Assembly: GCA_043228905.1 (NCBI GenBank)
Contig: JBHGNT010000002.1
Coordinates: 7,998,001-8,062,000, forward strand
DNA: 64,000 nt
Direction of reading: 5' to 3'
From: Azolla caroliniana
Taxonomy: Eukaryota; Plantae; Polypodiophyta
The notes beneath the pieces are model-generated. The model saw only the letters and a list, made by a program, of their open reading frames with translations. It was not told the origin of the DNA and did not search any database. Shown here one piece after another: positions 12,224-24,516 of the stretch. The stretch's first letter is position 1. Each line of letters opens with the position of its first letter. The position numbers were made by a program, and so were the translations under genes.

Positions 12224-15200
12224 TGTTAGGAAACAGGTCCCTCCAGATGAGGAGTACCCGGCTACGGATGACCCGGTGAGAACCGAATGATGAAGACCCG
12301 GTGAGAACCGGATGACGAGTACCCGATAAGCGTCGGATGATGCAGGCCCGGTGAAGAGTTCTCACCGAATGAAGGGACATATTCGTAAATATGTTTTTGA
12401 GAGTCCATCGGGGCTATATTTGTAAATAGCCGAAAAGTCATATTAGTATAAATATGACTTAGGAAAAACCTAGATGGATTTTGTTGTTATTCTTGTTGGC
12501 GCAAGATTAGAGCGCGCAACTGTGTACAGAGAGAGTGAGAGAGAGGAAGAGGTCGTTGCCTCTATTGTAACCGCCGCCTGTGGCGAAGATAGAAAGGTCG
12601 AGGTCGTTGCTTTAGTGCTTTACCATTTTGTACATTTTGACATAGTGATAGTTTGCAGTCTGTGGGCTGCCGTGGTTTTTCCCGTATTTGGGTTTTCCAC
12701 GTAAACATCTTGTGTACTCTTCTCTTCAATGTGTCGTGCCTTCATTCCCCGTTTTTTTGTGTTTTATGATTCTAAGCTCGGTTGTGGCCGAGCGTTGTTC
12801 ATTGGGAGCGTGTGTTCCTGTCAAAGTGGTATCAGAGCGAAACGACACAAAAGATGGACGATTCGTTGGGAGGCATGTTCAAGCTCACCGGCTCCAACTA
12901 TTCGGTGTGGAAGTCGAAGATGAGGGACATGCTCGTGGTTAAAGATCTTTGGTTGCTGGTTCAGTTTGGGGACAAGAGACCGGACAAGATCGACGCCACG
13001 ATATGGGAGGTGATGCACATGCAGACAACGACGTACATACGATGCTTCATCGACATGAGCCTATACAACAACTTCAATGAAGAGAGCAAGGCCCATGAGC
13101 TCTGGGAGAAGATCGGCATTATGTTTCAAAACAAAAATGCTGTTAATCAGGTTTCGGTATTCCGGAAGCTAGTAACACTCCGGTACCAAGATGGCTCCAG
13201 CATGGCGGAGCACACGAATGTCTTCCAGCTGATCCACCAGGCAACATCATTGGAAGTACCTCTCACCGATGAGGTACTAGCGCTACTCCTGCTCGGTTCC
13301 CTCCCAGATAGCTGGGAGACGTTGGTTGTCACTTTGGGCAACGCCGGGCCGGAAGGGAAACAATTATCCCTAGCAAGAGTGAAGTCTAGCTTGCTAGATG
13401 AGGAGGCGCTTCGGAAAGATAAGGATACAAGCTCCGACTCCAAAACGCTCCTTACCAAATTGGAACGCGGAAGACATAGAAACCGTAGTCCCCAGAACCG
13501 GGAAAAGTCGGGGACACGGTCAAAGTCAAGGGGGAGGCCTACTTGCTTCTATTGCGGCAAGCCGGGACACTTCCAGAAGAATTGTCGGCATTTCCGTAAA
13601 GACAAGGAAACCGACGGTACTGATTCGAAGCGGACACAGGACCGGAACGGTAAAGACCGGAGGGGAACGGACCGGAAGGGAACGACGGTAATCGTGGCAA
13701 GTGAAGAAGAGTTGATGGTCATCACTGAGGAGAGTGAGATAAACCTTGCCGACGACGAGATGACCTGGGTGGTCGACTCCGGAGCGTCGTTCCACCTTAC
13801 CCCGGACCGGAAATGCTTCTCATCCTACTCAGCCGGTGATCACGGCTGTGTTCGGATGGGGAATGAAGGTACATGCCGAATTGTCGGCATAGGAGACGTG
13901 TGGCTGACAATGCCAACCGGATGCAAGCTGCTGCTGAAGGATGTCCGACACGTTCCGAAGGTTCATCTGAACCTGATATCAGCCGGTCGGCTAGATGATG
14001 AAGGCTACACGGGTAGCATCTGGAATGGTGTTATGAAGTTCAGCAAAGGGAGCCTGATTGTGGCTCGGGCCCTGAAGGTAAACACGTTGTACCTGATGAA
14101 TGCCCGGTTATGTCTGGAGGAAGTGAACGTGGCATCCAACACTGCCGGTGAGCTGTGGCACAAAAGGCTGTGTCACATGAGCGAGAAGGGGATGAAGAGG
14201 CTTGCAGAAGACAACCTCATTCTAGTGAAGAACGTGCACTTGGAGAAGTGCACTGATTGTCTGGCCGGTAAGCAAAACTGGACCTCCTTCCGACCATGGC
14301 CACCGATGAGACGTAATGCACCATTGGAGTTGGTGTATACTGATGTGTGTTAAGTGGACACGAAGTCACATGCAGGATTGCAGTACTTCGTGACGTTCAT
14401 AGATGACCACAGCCAGAAGCTGTGGGCCACACTGTTGAAGAAGAAGAATCAGGTGCTATCCGTCTTCAAAGAGCTCCACACGAGAGTGGAAAGAGAAACC
14501 GGCCGGAAGCTGAAGGCGGTTCGAGCAAATAACGGAGGTGAATACCGGGGTAGTTCGAGGAGTACTTTCGCTCGAAGGGAATCCGGCTCGAATTTACCGT
14601 ACCGAAGACGCCGGAACTAAACTAGCCGAGAGGATGAACTGGACCATAATGGAGAGGGTCCGGAGTATGCTGGCGCATGCAAAACTACCCAAGAAGTTTT
14701 GGGCTGAGGCACTATCGACGACGACATATGTGATAAACAGATCACCCTAAGTCCCTTGGACAGAGACACGCCATAGAGAGTATGGACCGGTAAGAAAGTA
14801 TCCTACCGGCATCTGAAGGTATTCGGGTGTCTCGCGTACGTGCATGTAGCTAAGGACCGGAGAGGAAAGTTGAATCCAAAGACCCGGCCATGCATATTCC
14901 TCGGTTACGACGACGATGAGTTCGGCTACCGAGTGTGGGACCTGGTCGACAAGAAGGTATTCCGGAGTCGAGATATTATCTTCATGGAGGACAAGACGCT
15001 CGCCGACTAGGAGTCGGAGAAGAAGATAATGAACTCCGAGTCGACAGGTAAGGATCGATTCTACAATGAGCAGACCCAACCGGCAAGAGACCGGTTAGAC
15101 TCGAGGAATCAGCCGGTTACGGTGAGGATACCGAACCGACCGAAGAAGAAGTAGAGGAGGCTGAAACCGGAACCGGCCAAGACCCCGAATCGGATTCGAA

Positions 15201-17579
15201 TGAAGAGAAAATGGAGGAGCCGGTTACCGAAGCCCAAAGACGGAGATATCCTCTCAGAGAGAGAAGGGCCCCCTGGAGATTTCCGGATGCAGAGAATGTG
15301 CTGCTAACCGATGAGGGGAGGCCAGAAAGCTTCGAGGAAGCCAAAAGTGACGCCCACAGCCGCAAATGGTTAAGTGCCATGCAGGATGAGATGGATTCCC
15401 TGCATGAGAACTATACATACGAATTGGTGGAGTTGCCGAAAGGAAAGCGGGCACTCTGAAATAAGTGGTGTACAAGTTGAAACCGGGAGATGTCGACAAC
15501 ACCCCGAGATACAAAGCCAGGATCGTGGTGAAGGGGTTCCAGCAGAAGAAGGGCGTGGACTTCCACAAGATATTTTCCCCGGTAGTAAAGATGACCTCCA
15601 TCCGGACGATGCTGAGTATAGCGGCAAGCATGGACCTCGAGGTAGAGCAGCTAGACGTGAAGACGACATTCCTTCACGGCAACCTCAAAGAGAAGATCTA
15701 CATGCAACAACCGGAACGATTCGTGGAGAAAGGGAAGGAGCACCTGGTATGCCGGTTGAAGAAGAGCCTGTACAGGTTGAAGGAGGCCCCCCGGCAATGG
15801 TACCGGAAGTTCGACTCCTTCATGACCGATCAAGGGTAGCACAAGACGCAGGCCGATCACTGCGTGTTTGTGAAGAAGTTCGAAGGAGGCGACTTCCTGA
15901 TACTCCTTCTGTACGTGGACGACATGTTGATCGTCGGACGGGACCAAGCCAAAATACGGATGCTGAAGAAGGCTCTCAACCGGACCTTCTCAATGAAAGA
16001 CTTGGGTTCGGCAAGACAAATGCTGGGGATGCATATCATCCGGAACCGGCCAACGAAGCAACTGTGGCTGTCACAGGAGAAGTATGTGACAAAGGTGCTT
16101 CAGCGGTTCAACATGTTAGATGCGAAACCGGTCGGATCGACACTTTTGGCAAACTGCAGGTTATCTGGTTCGCAAAGCCTGAAGACGAAAGCACAGAAGG
16201 CGGATATAATGAAGGTTCCATATGCTTCTACTGTCGGGAGCTTAATGTACGCAATGGTGTGTACTCGACCAGATATTGGATACGAAGTCAGAGTGGTGAG
16301 CCGGTTTATGCGAAATCCCTGCAAGGAGCACTGGAATGGAGTCAAATGGATACTCTGGTACTTGAAGGGCACTTCGAACATGTATCTTCGATTCGGATCC
16401 GGTAAACCTCAACTTGACGGTTTTAGCGATTCGGACATGTCGGCTTATGTGGATACCAGCCGGTCTACATCCCGGTATGTAATGACATATGCAAGGGGAG
16501 CTGTTTCGTGGTAGTCGAGGCTGCAGAAGACGGTTGCGCTGTCAACCACGGAGGCGGAGTACATGGTGGCTGTGGAAGCCGGCAAGGAAATATTATGGAT
16601 GAAGGACTTCATCGGAGAGCTCGGTATCCGGCAAGATGAATACTGGCTCTACTGCGACAGTCAAAGTGTCATCCACCTTGCTAAGAATGCGGCCTACCAT
16701 TCCCAGACAAAGCATATCCAAGGAAGGTATCACTGGATCCGGGAAAGAGTAGATGACCAGGAGTTCGCGTTGACGAAGATCCACACGGCTGAGAACGGGT
16801 CAGATATCCTAACCAAAGTACTGACACTTGATAAGCTGGATGCATGTCGGAAGCGGGTCGGACTAGTAAGACATCCCATGCCAGAGTGAAGGGGGAGTTT
16901 GTTAGGAAACAAGTCCCTCCGGATGAGGAGTACTCGACTCCGGATGACCCGATGAGAACCGGATGAGGAGTACCCGACTACGGATGACCCGGTGAGAACC
17001 GGATGATGAAGACTCGGTGAGAACCCGATGAGGAGTACTCGGCTATGGATGACCCGGTGAGAACTGGATGACGAGTACCCGACAAGCGCCGGATGATGCA
17101 GGCCCGGTGAAGATTGCTCACCAGATGAAGGGACATATTCGTAAATATGTTTCTGAGAGTCCATTGGGGCTATATTTTTAAATAGCCGAAAAGTCATATT
17201 AGTATAAATATGACTTAGGGCAAAATTAGATGGATGTTGTTGTTATTCTTGTTGGCGCAAGATTAGAGCACGGAACTGTGTACAGAGAGAGTGAGAGAGA
17301 GGAAGAGGTCGTTGCCTTTGTTGTAACCGCCGCTTGTGGCGAAGATAGAAAGGTCGAGGTCGTTGCTTTGGTGCTTTACCATTTTGTACATTCTGACATA
17401 GTGATAGTTTGCAGTCTGTGGGCTGCCGTGGTTTTTCCCGTATTTGGGTTTTCCACGTAAACATCTTGTGTACTCTTCTCTTCACCGTGTCGTGCCTTCA
17501 TTCCTTGTTTTTCTATGTTTTATGATTCTAAGCTCGGTTGTGGCCGAGCGTTGTTCATCGGGAGCGTGTGTTCCTGTCT
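12224..17579 (+). mobile_element. Full-length Tnt1-like Copia
   Basis: 5' LTR 12224-12823, PBS TGGTATCAGAGC 12827-12838, PPT GAAGGGGGAG, 3' LTR 16900-17579, near-TSD GTTGA/GTTCA. Confidence 0.92.
12854..16889 (+). pseudogene. Copia gag-pol with multiple stops and frameshifts
   Basis: ORF chain 12782..16889 with CCHC, DSGAS, INT, YVDD, RH. Confidence 0.92.
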
Positions 17580-18653
17580 GTTCACACTTGGCCTAACAAA
17601 TTATAAGTAGTCTTCCCCTTCTTTACACTCTCATTTAACCCTCACACTTATCCACGTGTATAAAATACTACAGTAAATTCTCACCATGGAATATTATATG
17701 GTCATGCTTGTAACATACTCCCCCTCTTTAAAACATTGCACTCTTGCAATGGAAAGTTAGGGAAGTTAGTTCTGAGTGTATTTTCGCGTTCCCACGTGGC
17801 ATCTTTGATAGATTTATCCATCCATTTAATTCTAAATTCTCGGATTTCTTTTGTGCGTAGTTTTTTTGTTTTAACATCAGGAATTCATTCTGGTACATGT
17901 GGTTTAGAAGATAATTCTTCAGAAGTAGCCAGAGTTTCAGTTGTAACCATGTTGTCGCCAAAACCTAGAACTTCTTTTAGACGACTCACATGAAAAACTG
18001 GATGAATTCCAACACCATTGGGAAGAGCAAGACGATAGGTTGATGAACCAATGCGTTTGAGGACTATAAAAGGTCCACAAAACCGTGGGGCTAACTGCGC
18101 ACTTACTCGTAGACAATGTCTTAGAATTGTGAGGTACTCGTAAAAATACCTTCTGTCCAAGGTTAAATACACGAGGTTGCCTATTATGATCGGTGTAAAA
18201 CCTGCTCTATCTTGAGCTATTTTTATATTATCTCGTGCAATATGCAACATATCTTGCATATCCCGAAGAAAGTTTTGCGTACTTCGCAACTCATAATGAT
18301 GTATATTAACATCAATCAGGGCTAGTGGTTGAAAACCATACATCAACATAAAAGGACTATATCCCGTCGACATATGTGACAGGAACTACACGCTCCGATG
18401 AACACCGCTCGGCCACAACCGAGCTTAGAATCAAACACAGAAAACGGGAAAGGAAAGCACAACACAATGGAGAGAAGAGTACACAGGATGTTTACGTGGA
18501 AAACCCCAAACACGGGGAAAAACCACAACAGTCCACTAACTGCTAACTATCACTATGTAACAATAATTACAACAGTGAGCTCACGGAGGCAACGACCTCG
18601 TGCTCACGGTCTTCGCCACAGGCGGCGATTACAACAGAGGCAACGACCTCTTC

Positions 18654-18687
<34 letters not shown>

Positions 18688-20083
18688 GTACACCGTTGCA
18701 CTCTAATCTAGCGCCAACAAGAATGACAACAACACTATCTAAAGTTTGCCCTAAGTCATATTTATACTAATATGACTTTTCGGCTATTTACAAATATAGC
18801 CCCGATGGACTCTCAGAAACATATTTACGGATATGTCCCTTCATCCGGGGAGCACTCCTCACCGGGCCTGCATCATCCGGCGCTTGCTGGGTACTTGTCA
18901 TCCGGTTCTCATCGGGTTTTCCATTTCCGGGTACTCCTCATCCGGTTCTCACCGGGTCTGCACCATCCGGCTCTCTGTTGCCGGGTACTCGTCATCCGGT
19001 TCTCACCGGGTCTTCCGTGGCTGGGTATTCCTCATCCGGTTTGCTCATCAACACTATTCTTCTCACTTCCCATCCGGAGGGACCTGTTTCCTAACAAACT
19101 CCCCCTTCACTCCGGCATGGGATGTCTTACTAGTCTGATCCGCTTTCGGGATGCATCTAGCTTGTCGGGTATCAATACTTTGGTCAAAATATCTGACCCG
19201 TTCTCGGCCGTGTGGATCTTCGTCAGCGCGAACTCCTGGTCATCTACTCTTTCCCAGATCCAGTGATACCTTCGCTGGATATGCTTCGTCCAGGAATGGT
19301 AGGCCGCGTTCTTAGCAAGGTGGATGACACTTTGACTGTCGTAGTAGAGCCGGTATTCATCTTGCCTGATACTGAGCTCTCCGATGAAGTCCTTCATCCA
19401 TAATATTTCCTTGCAGGCTTCCATAACCGCCATGTACTCCGCCTCTATGGTTGACAACGCAACCGTCTTCAGCAGCCTCGACTGCCACGAAACAGCTCCC
19501 CCTGCATATGTCATTACATACCCGGATGTCGACCGGCTGGTATTTACATCAGCCGACATGTCCAAATCGGTAAAACCGTCAAGTTGAGGTTTTCCGTAGC
19601 CGAATCAGAGACACATATTCGAAGTTCCCTTCAAGTACCGGAGTATCCATTTGATTGCGTTCCAGTGCTCCTTGCCGGGATTGCTCATAAACCGGCTCAC
19701 CACTTCAACTGCGTATCCTATATCCGGTCGAGTACACACCATTGCGTACATTAAGCTCCCGATGGCAGAGGCATATGGAACCTTCATCATATCAGCCTTC
19801 TCTGCTTTCGTCTTCGGGCTTTGCTTACCGGATAATCTACAGTTTGCCGGGAGTGTCGATCCGACCGGTTTCGCTTCCAACATGTTGAACCGTTCAAGCA
19901 CCTTTGTCACGTACTTCTCCTGTGACAGCCACAAATGCTTTCATGGCCGGTTCCAGATGATATGCATCCCCAACATCTGTCTTGACGGACCCAAATCTTT
20001 CATTGAGAAGGTCCGGTTGAGAGCCTTCTTCAGCATCCGTATTTTGACTTGGTCCTGTCCGACGATCAACATGTCGTCCACGT

Positions 20084-23000
20084 TGTCGTGAAGATTTTCG
20101 TCCACAAGCGGAAACCCGAGCAACGAGAGCCAAAGAGTGACGTGCAACGTTGCACACGTACATAATGTATTTGTAATAGTAATAAAGGTATAAAGGTGAT
20201 GTGGTTGTACGCACATCCACGCGAGAGAGAGAGAGAGAGAGGTACTATGCGGTACATAGGTACCTAGTTGGTTGTGAGGAGGTGGGAGTTAAGGGGCCAT
20301 CAAACTTACCCTCCCCCAAATCAAGGCAAATATCCCCTTTGAATGAAAGGGGATATTTTAGTCTCACTTTTGTAAACGGTCTTCCCTCGTGCTATAAAAG
20401 GAGAGAGAAGGCACCATTGTGGGGGATGCCTATTTTGAGTGTGCGAGGTATACCACATAGGTCGAGCGTTAGGGTCCAGTTAGGGTTTTCTTCTTGGGTT
20501 TTCCTTTAGGGTTTTCTTATAGTCATTTGGTGCGGCCATGGCGGCCACCATTGTAAAGCGTTTATGTTTTCTTAATAGAACTTCTTGTTGAGTATCTTGA
20601 CTCCATCTTCTTCATCTTCTTCTATCATAATGTCATATTCGTTCTCTTCTCCTGTTGAGCTATGAGCTAATCTTCCATTCGTTGTCTTAACCTTTCTCCT
20701 CTTCTCCCTAGTCCAAGACCCACGTGGTCCCGCCCCTTCCACATGCACGCACGTAACAACTCGACATCTTTGGTGAACCCAACGTGAAGGGCGGCAAGGG
20801 AGCATGGAGATTGAAGAAGACTTCGACTTCGAGGAGATGATGGCAAGGATCATGATGGATGCGGCTCAACAAGCCGTCGAGAGGGTGGTCGATCGAGGTG
20901 GCCGATTCAACGGGGACGATGTCCCGAGGTTCTTGGAAGCATACGATGCCGAGATGGCGAAAGGGGGCGTAGTCGAGGCGATGCGGCTAGAGTATTTTCC
21001 TCGAGTGGCGGCCGTATCGGTGCACAAGGAGGTCAAGGAGCTACGAGAAGCTCATGAGTCGTGGGTGTCCTTTGAGGGAGCCCTATTGGAGGCGTACGGG
21101 TACACGGAACCGGAAGGAAGAGGTCGACATGAGTTCGATCGGTGGGTGTGCCGGCAACATGATGCGAGGCGGTTGGCCACAACACGGCCCGCGAGCGGCG
21201 GAGAAGAGAGAGCGGTGAGTGGGTATGCAGTACCGCCGGAAGAGAGCTCAACGCAAAACGGTTCGGAGGAGCTCGACCTAGAGGTGCTAATATGGGAGGC
21301 ATACGAGCTTGTGAAGGCGAAAATCGGAGCCAAAGAAGGGCTTGTTATGAAGACGGGACAGAGGCGATCGGAGGATGTGGAGGAAGAAGCCTCCCTAGAC
21401 GTAGAAGACGGGGCCTATACGGAGGCCGGGAGAGCGTACGACGACGACATAGGAGAGGGTGCGGAGCAAGCGACCCTCTTGCCTTGCAGTGAAGGGACGG
21501 CCATGGAGGCCGGTAGCTACGGATTCGGGACATGGCGGCCCGAAACATCGAGGGAGGAGGAGACAAGAGGCGGTGCCGCGACCTTACACACACCGGCCCT
21601 AGAGGCACCGGCGGTCGGTCCGATTGCCGGCGTGAGACCTAGAGCGACGGGCGGTGGCGGCGGCAAGGCGGGCAACCGAGACAATGGTATGGAGACCGTG
21701 GAAGAGGAGGCGGCAAGCATAATTGATGCTTTCATATATGGAGGCGGGGTAGCCATGGACGACGATGTCCGAATGGAGGTGGCTAGGGGCATAGCATCGA
21801 CGAGCGGCGGCGTTGCTACCTTACACGCACCGGTTCAAGAGTCTCCGGCAACCGGCCCGAGAGCCGGTGTGAGACCTAGAGAGACGGACGGTGGTGGCGG
21901 CAAGGCGGGCAACCGAAATGACGAAGAGGAGGTTTGTAGCGGACGGAGGCGAGATCCCTCGACACCGGGGCCGGAGACTTCGGCGGTTGCGCCCGAGCGC
22001 GGACATAAGACCGGGGAGATGGGCGGTGGCCGTGAGGATGAGAGGCCCGGAGTGGGCACGTGCGAAAAGACCGAAGGAGAGGTCCGGAGCGGCATCGAGG
22101 AGCGAGTCGGGAACCGACCCGACCGAAAGATGAGCCGGTCGGTAATCCGACCCAACCGGGAGGCGGAGCGGAAGAAGAGTGAAGCGGGGGCCGGTCAACC
22201 GGGCACGAACCAAAGGAAGCCGGCAAGACCGGGATTGTTTGATCAATTCGTAGCCGACTGGGTATGGTTACGGTGGGAGCCGGTGAGAGCGAGAAGGAGG
22301 CCTAGTGGGCACGGTGATCACGGCTTGCTAGAAGACCGAGAGCGAGAGGGACCTTCCACACCCATTCTAGAGACTTCGGCGGTTGCGGATCAACGTGAGA
22401 CCGGAGAGACGGCAGGTGGCGGCGAGGAGTCGGAGGCCGAAGCGGACAAAGTTATCGAAGCGGGTATCCGGTATGAGATGATGGACGAGCGGGTCCAAGA
22501 TGGCGAGCTCGGGTCGGAACGGGCTACGGTGACAAAGGAAGAAGTGGCCAACGCGGAGGTCGGGTCTACGATGGATGAAGGGCGTAACACGAAGCATGCA
22601 CTATGGTCGGTGAAGGGCCCAAGAACGAGCATGCATCCGAGAGAGCGTCAACGAGTGACCGGAAACGGTGGACCGATTGAGCCTTTGAGAGGCGAGGACT
22701 CGGTGGTGAACCGAGAGTGGGAGGAACCCTCCACACCTACCTGTGAGGCATCGGCGGTCGCGGATTGAAAGGAGAACGAAGAAGCGGTGGGTGGCGGCGA
22801 GGAGTTGGAGACCGACGCGGAGGTCGGGTCTACGGCGGAAGTACGACACGAGACGCATGCAATACGGCCGGTGGAGGGCCAAGACACAAGCATGCATATG
22901 GCGGATGGGCGACAACGATTGACCGACGATGACGGTCGGGTCAAGCCTTCGAGAGGCAAGTGCGGGACGAAGGACGGCGCGGCGAAACACCAAGATCGAC

Positions 23001-24516
23001 GACATGGGCCGAGCGCGATCGGCATGAGCGGAGAGTCGTATCTAGGAAAACGGAGGAGATGCGTGGAGAACAACGGGGTACACACCGGGAAGAGAAAGCG
23101 CGGCGGCTTCCCGGAGGGCATACAAGGCCAAGCGGGCCAAGAGGGCGCAAGTCGAGGCAAGGCGATAACGAGAGCCTCGAGGGACACCGACACGGAGGTC
23201 GGGATGACGATACGCTCTACTATGAGAGAGCACGGCGAAAAAGGGGAAAGCGAAAAACGTGTGATAGGGTCATCGAAGGACCGAAGCACGAGCACGCATT
23301 CGGAGGGCAACATCGACATATGGGGAAATCCTATGAAAGGCAAGCGCGGAGCGGAGAGAGTCAGCACGCCGAGGTGTGCGGCACGCAAAGGGCGGAATCC
23401 GGCATGCGACCGGGAGCGCATCCAGAGGATATACGAGGCGGACAAAGGAAGAGCAACCGGGTTGGCGATGGCGTTCGGGAGGACTGAACGGGGAGGAAAG
23501 CACGGGCATCGGATACGGCGGGTCGGATGTAGTCGGTGGTTCAAGGACCCACGGTGGACGTGGCGGATCGGGTGGAGGCAATGACTCGGCGAACATCGTT
23601 GATTGTGGCGGATCGGATGGCGCCGACGGTTCGAGACCATTCGGCGAGGGTGGTGGGCTGGAAGGCGGCGGTGGTTCGTGTGGACGGGGTGGTCTTGCTC
23701 GAAGTGGAAGACAAAGCCGGGCGGGCTCACGAGGACGCTAAGGACTCGGTCGGTCGTCGTGGCCGAAAATCTCGTGTTCTCTCCCCTATGTTTTGGCACA
23801 TACCGGAGGATGTGCGGTTAGGTGGGGGCGGATGTCGTGAAGATTTTCGTCCACCAGCGGAAACCCGAGCAACGAGAGCCAAAGAGCAACGTGCAACGTT
23901 GCACACGTACATAATGTATTTGTAATAGTAATAAAGGTATAAAGGTGATGTGGTTGTACACACATCCACGCGAGAGAGAGAGAGAGAGGTACTATGCGGT
24001 ACATAGGTACCTAGTTGTTTAGGAGGAGGTGGGAGTAAAGGGGCCATCAATCTCACCCTCCCCCGAATCAAGGCAAATATCCCCTTTGAATGAAAGGGGA
24101 TATTTTAGTCTCACTTTTGTAAACGGTCTTCCCTCCTTGTGCTATAAAAGGAGAGAGAAGGCACCATTGTGGGGGTTGCCTATTTTGAGTGTGTGAGGTA
24201 TCCCACATAGGTCGAGCGTTAGGGTCCGGTTAGGGTTTTCTTCTTGGGTTTTCCTTTAGGGTTTTCTTATAGTCGTTTGGTGCGGCCATGGCGGCCACCA
24301 TTGTAAAGCGTTTATGTTTTCTTAATAGAACTTCTTGTTGAGTATCTTGACTCCATCTTCTTCATCTTCTTCTATCATAATGTCATATTCGTTCTCTTCT
24401 CCTGTTGAGCTATGAGCTAATCTTCCATTCGTTGTCTTAACCTTTCTCCTCTTCTCCCTAGTCCAAGACCCCAGTGGTCCCGCCCCTTCCACACGCACGC
24501 GTGTAACAACGCGACA
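20084..24516 (+). mobile_element. Non-autonomous Gypsy-type LTR element (gag only, no pol)
   Basis: LTRs 20084-20766 and 23833-24516, 4-bp TSD ACGT, PBS TGGTGAACCCAACGTGA (tRNA-Trp-like) at 20771, PPT AGGTGGGGGCGGA. Confidence 0.92.
20804..23584 (+). CDS. Gag N-terminal domain fused to a long acidic/Gly-rich low-complexity region (one in-frame TGA at 22766-22768)
   Basis: First ~110 aa (GRFNGDDVPRFLEAYDAEM...SWVSFEGALLEAYG) align by eye with gag of the element at 32647-39655 (GRFSGKDATKYLASYGAEM...TWEEFEGRLLEKYG). ORFs 20804..22768 and 22787..23584 are in the same frame. Confidence 0.7.

Larger units (their letters stand above)
11921..18376 (-). mobile_element. 3' part of a chromovirus-type Gypsy (3' LTR 11921-17715 split by a Copia; integrase C-terminus and chromodomain 17728-18373)
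   Basis: TGTTA...TAACA LTR ends, PPT TACTCCCCCTC on + at 17716, GPF..YRL.LP..IHPVFHVSRLK motif, frameshifted chromodomain (IKWMDKSIKDATWE). Confidence 0.75.

Noticed and set aside
15374-16405. 343-aa alternative-frame ORF in Copia RT
   Set aside because: Off-frame by-product of codon bias; not preserved at this length in the sister copy.
20469-20515. Interstitial telomere (TTAGGG-like)
   Set aside because: Only three spaced copies, repeated in the partner LTR; an LTR motif.
21033-23799. Minus-strand ORFs (up to 383 aa) in the non-autonomous Gypsy
   Set aside because: Shadow frames of GC-rich sequence opposite the gag-fusion ORF.
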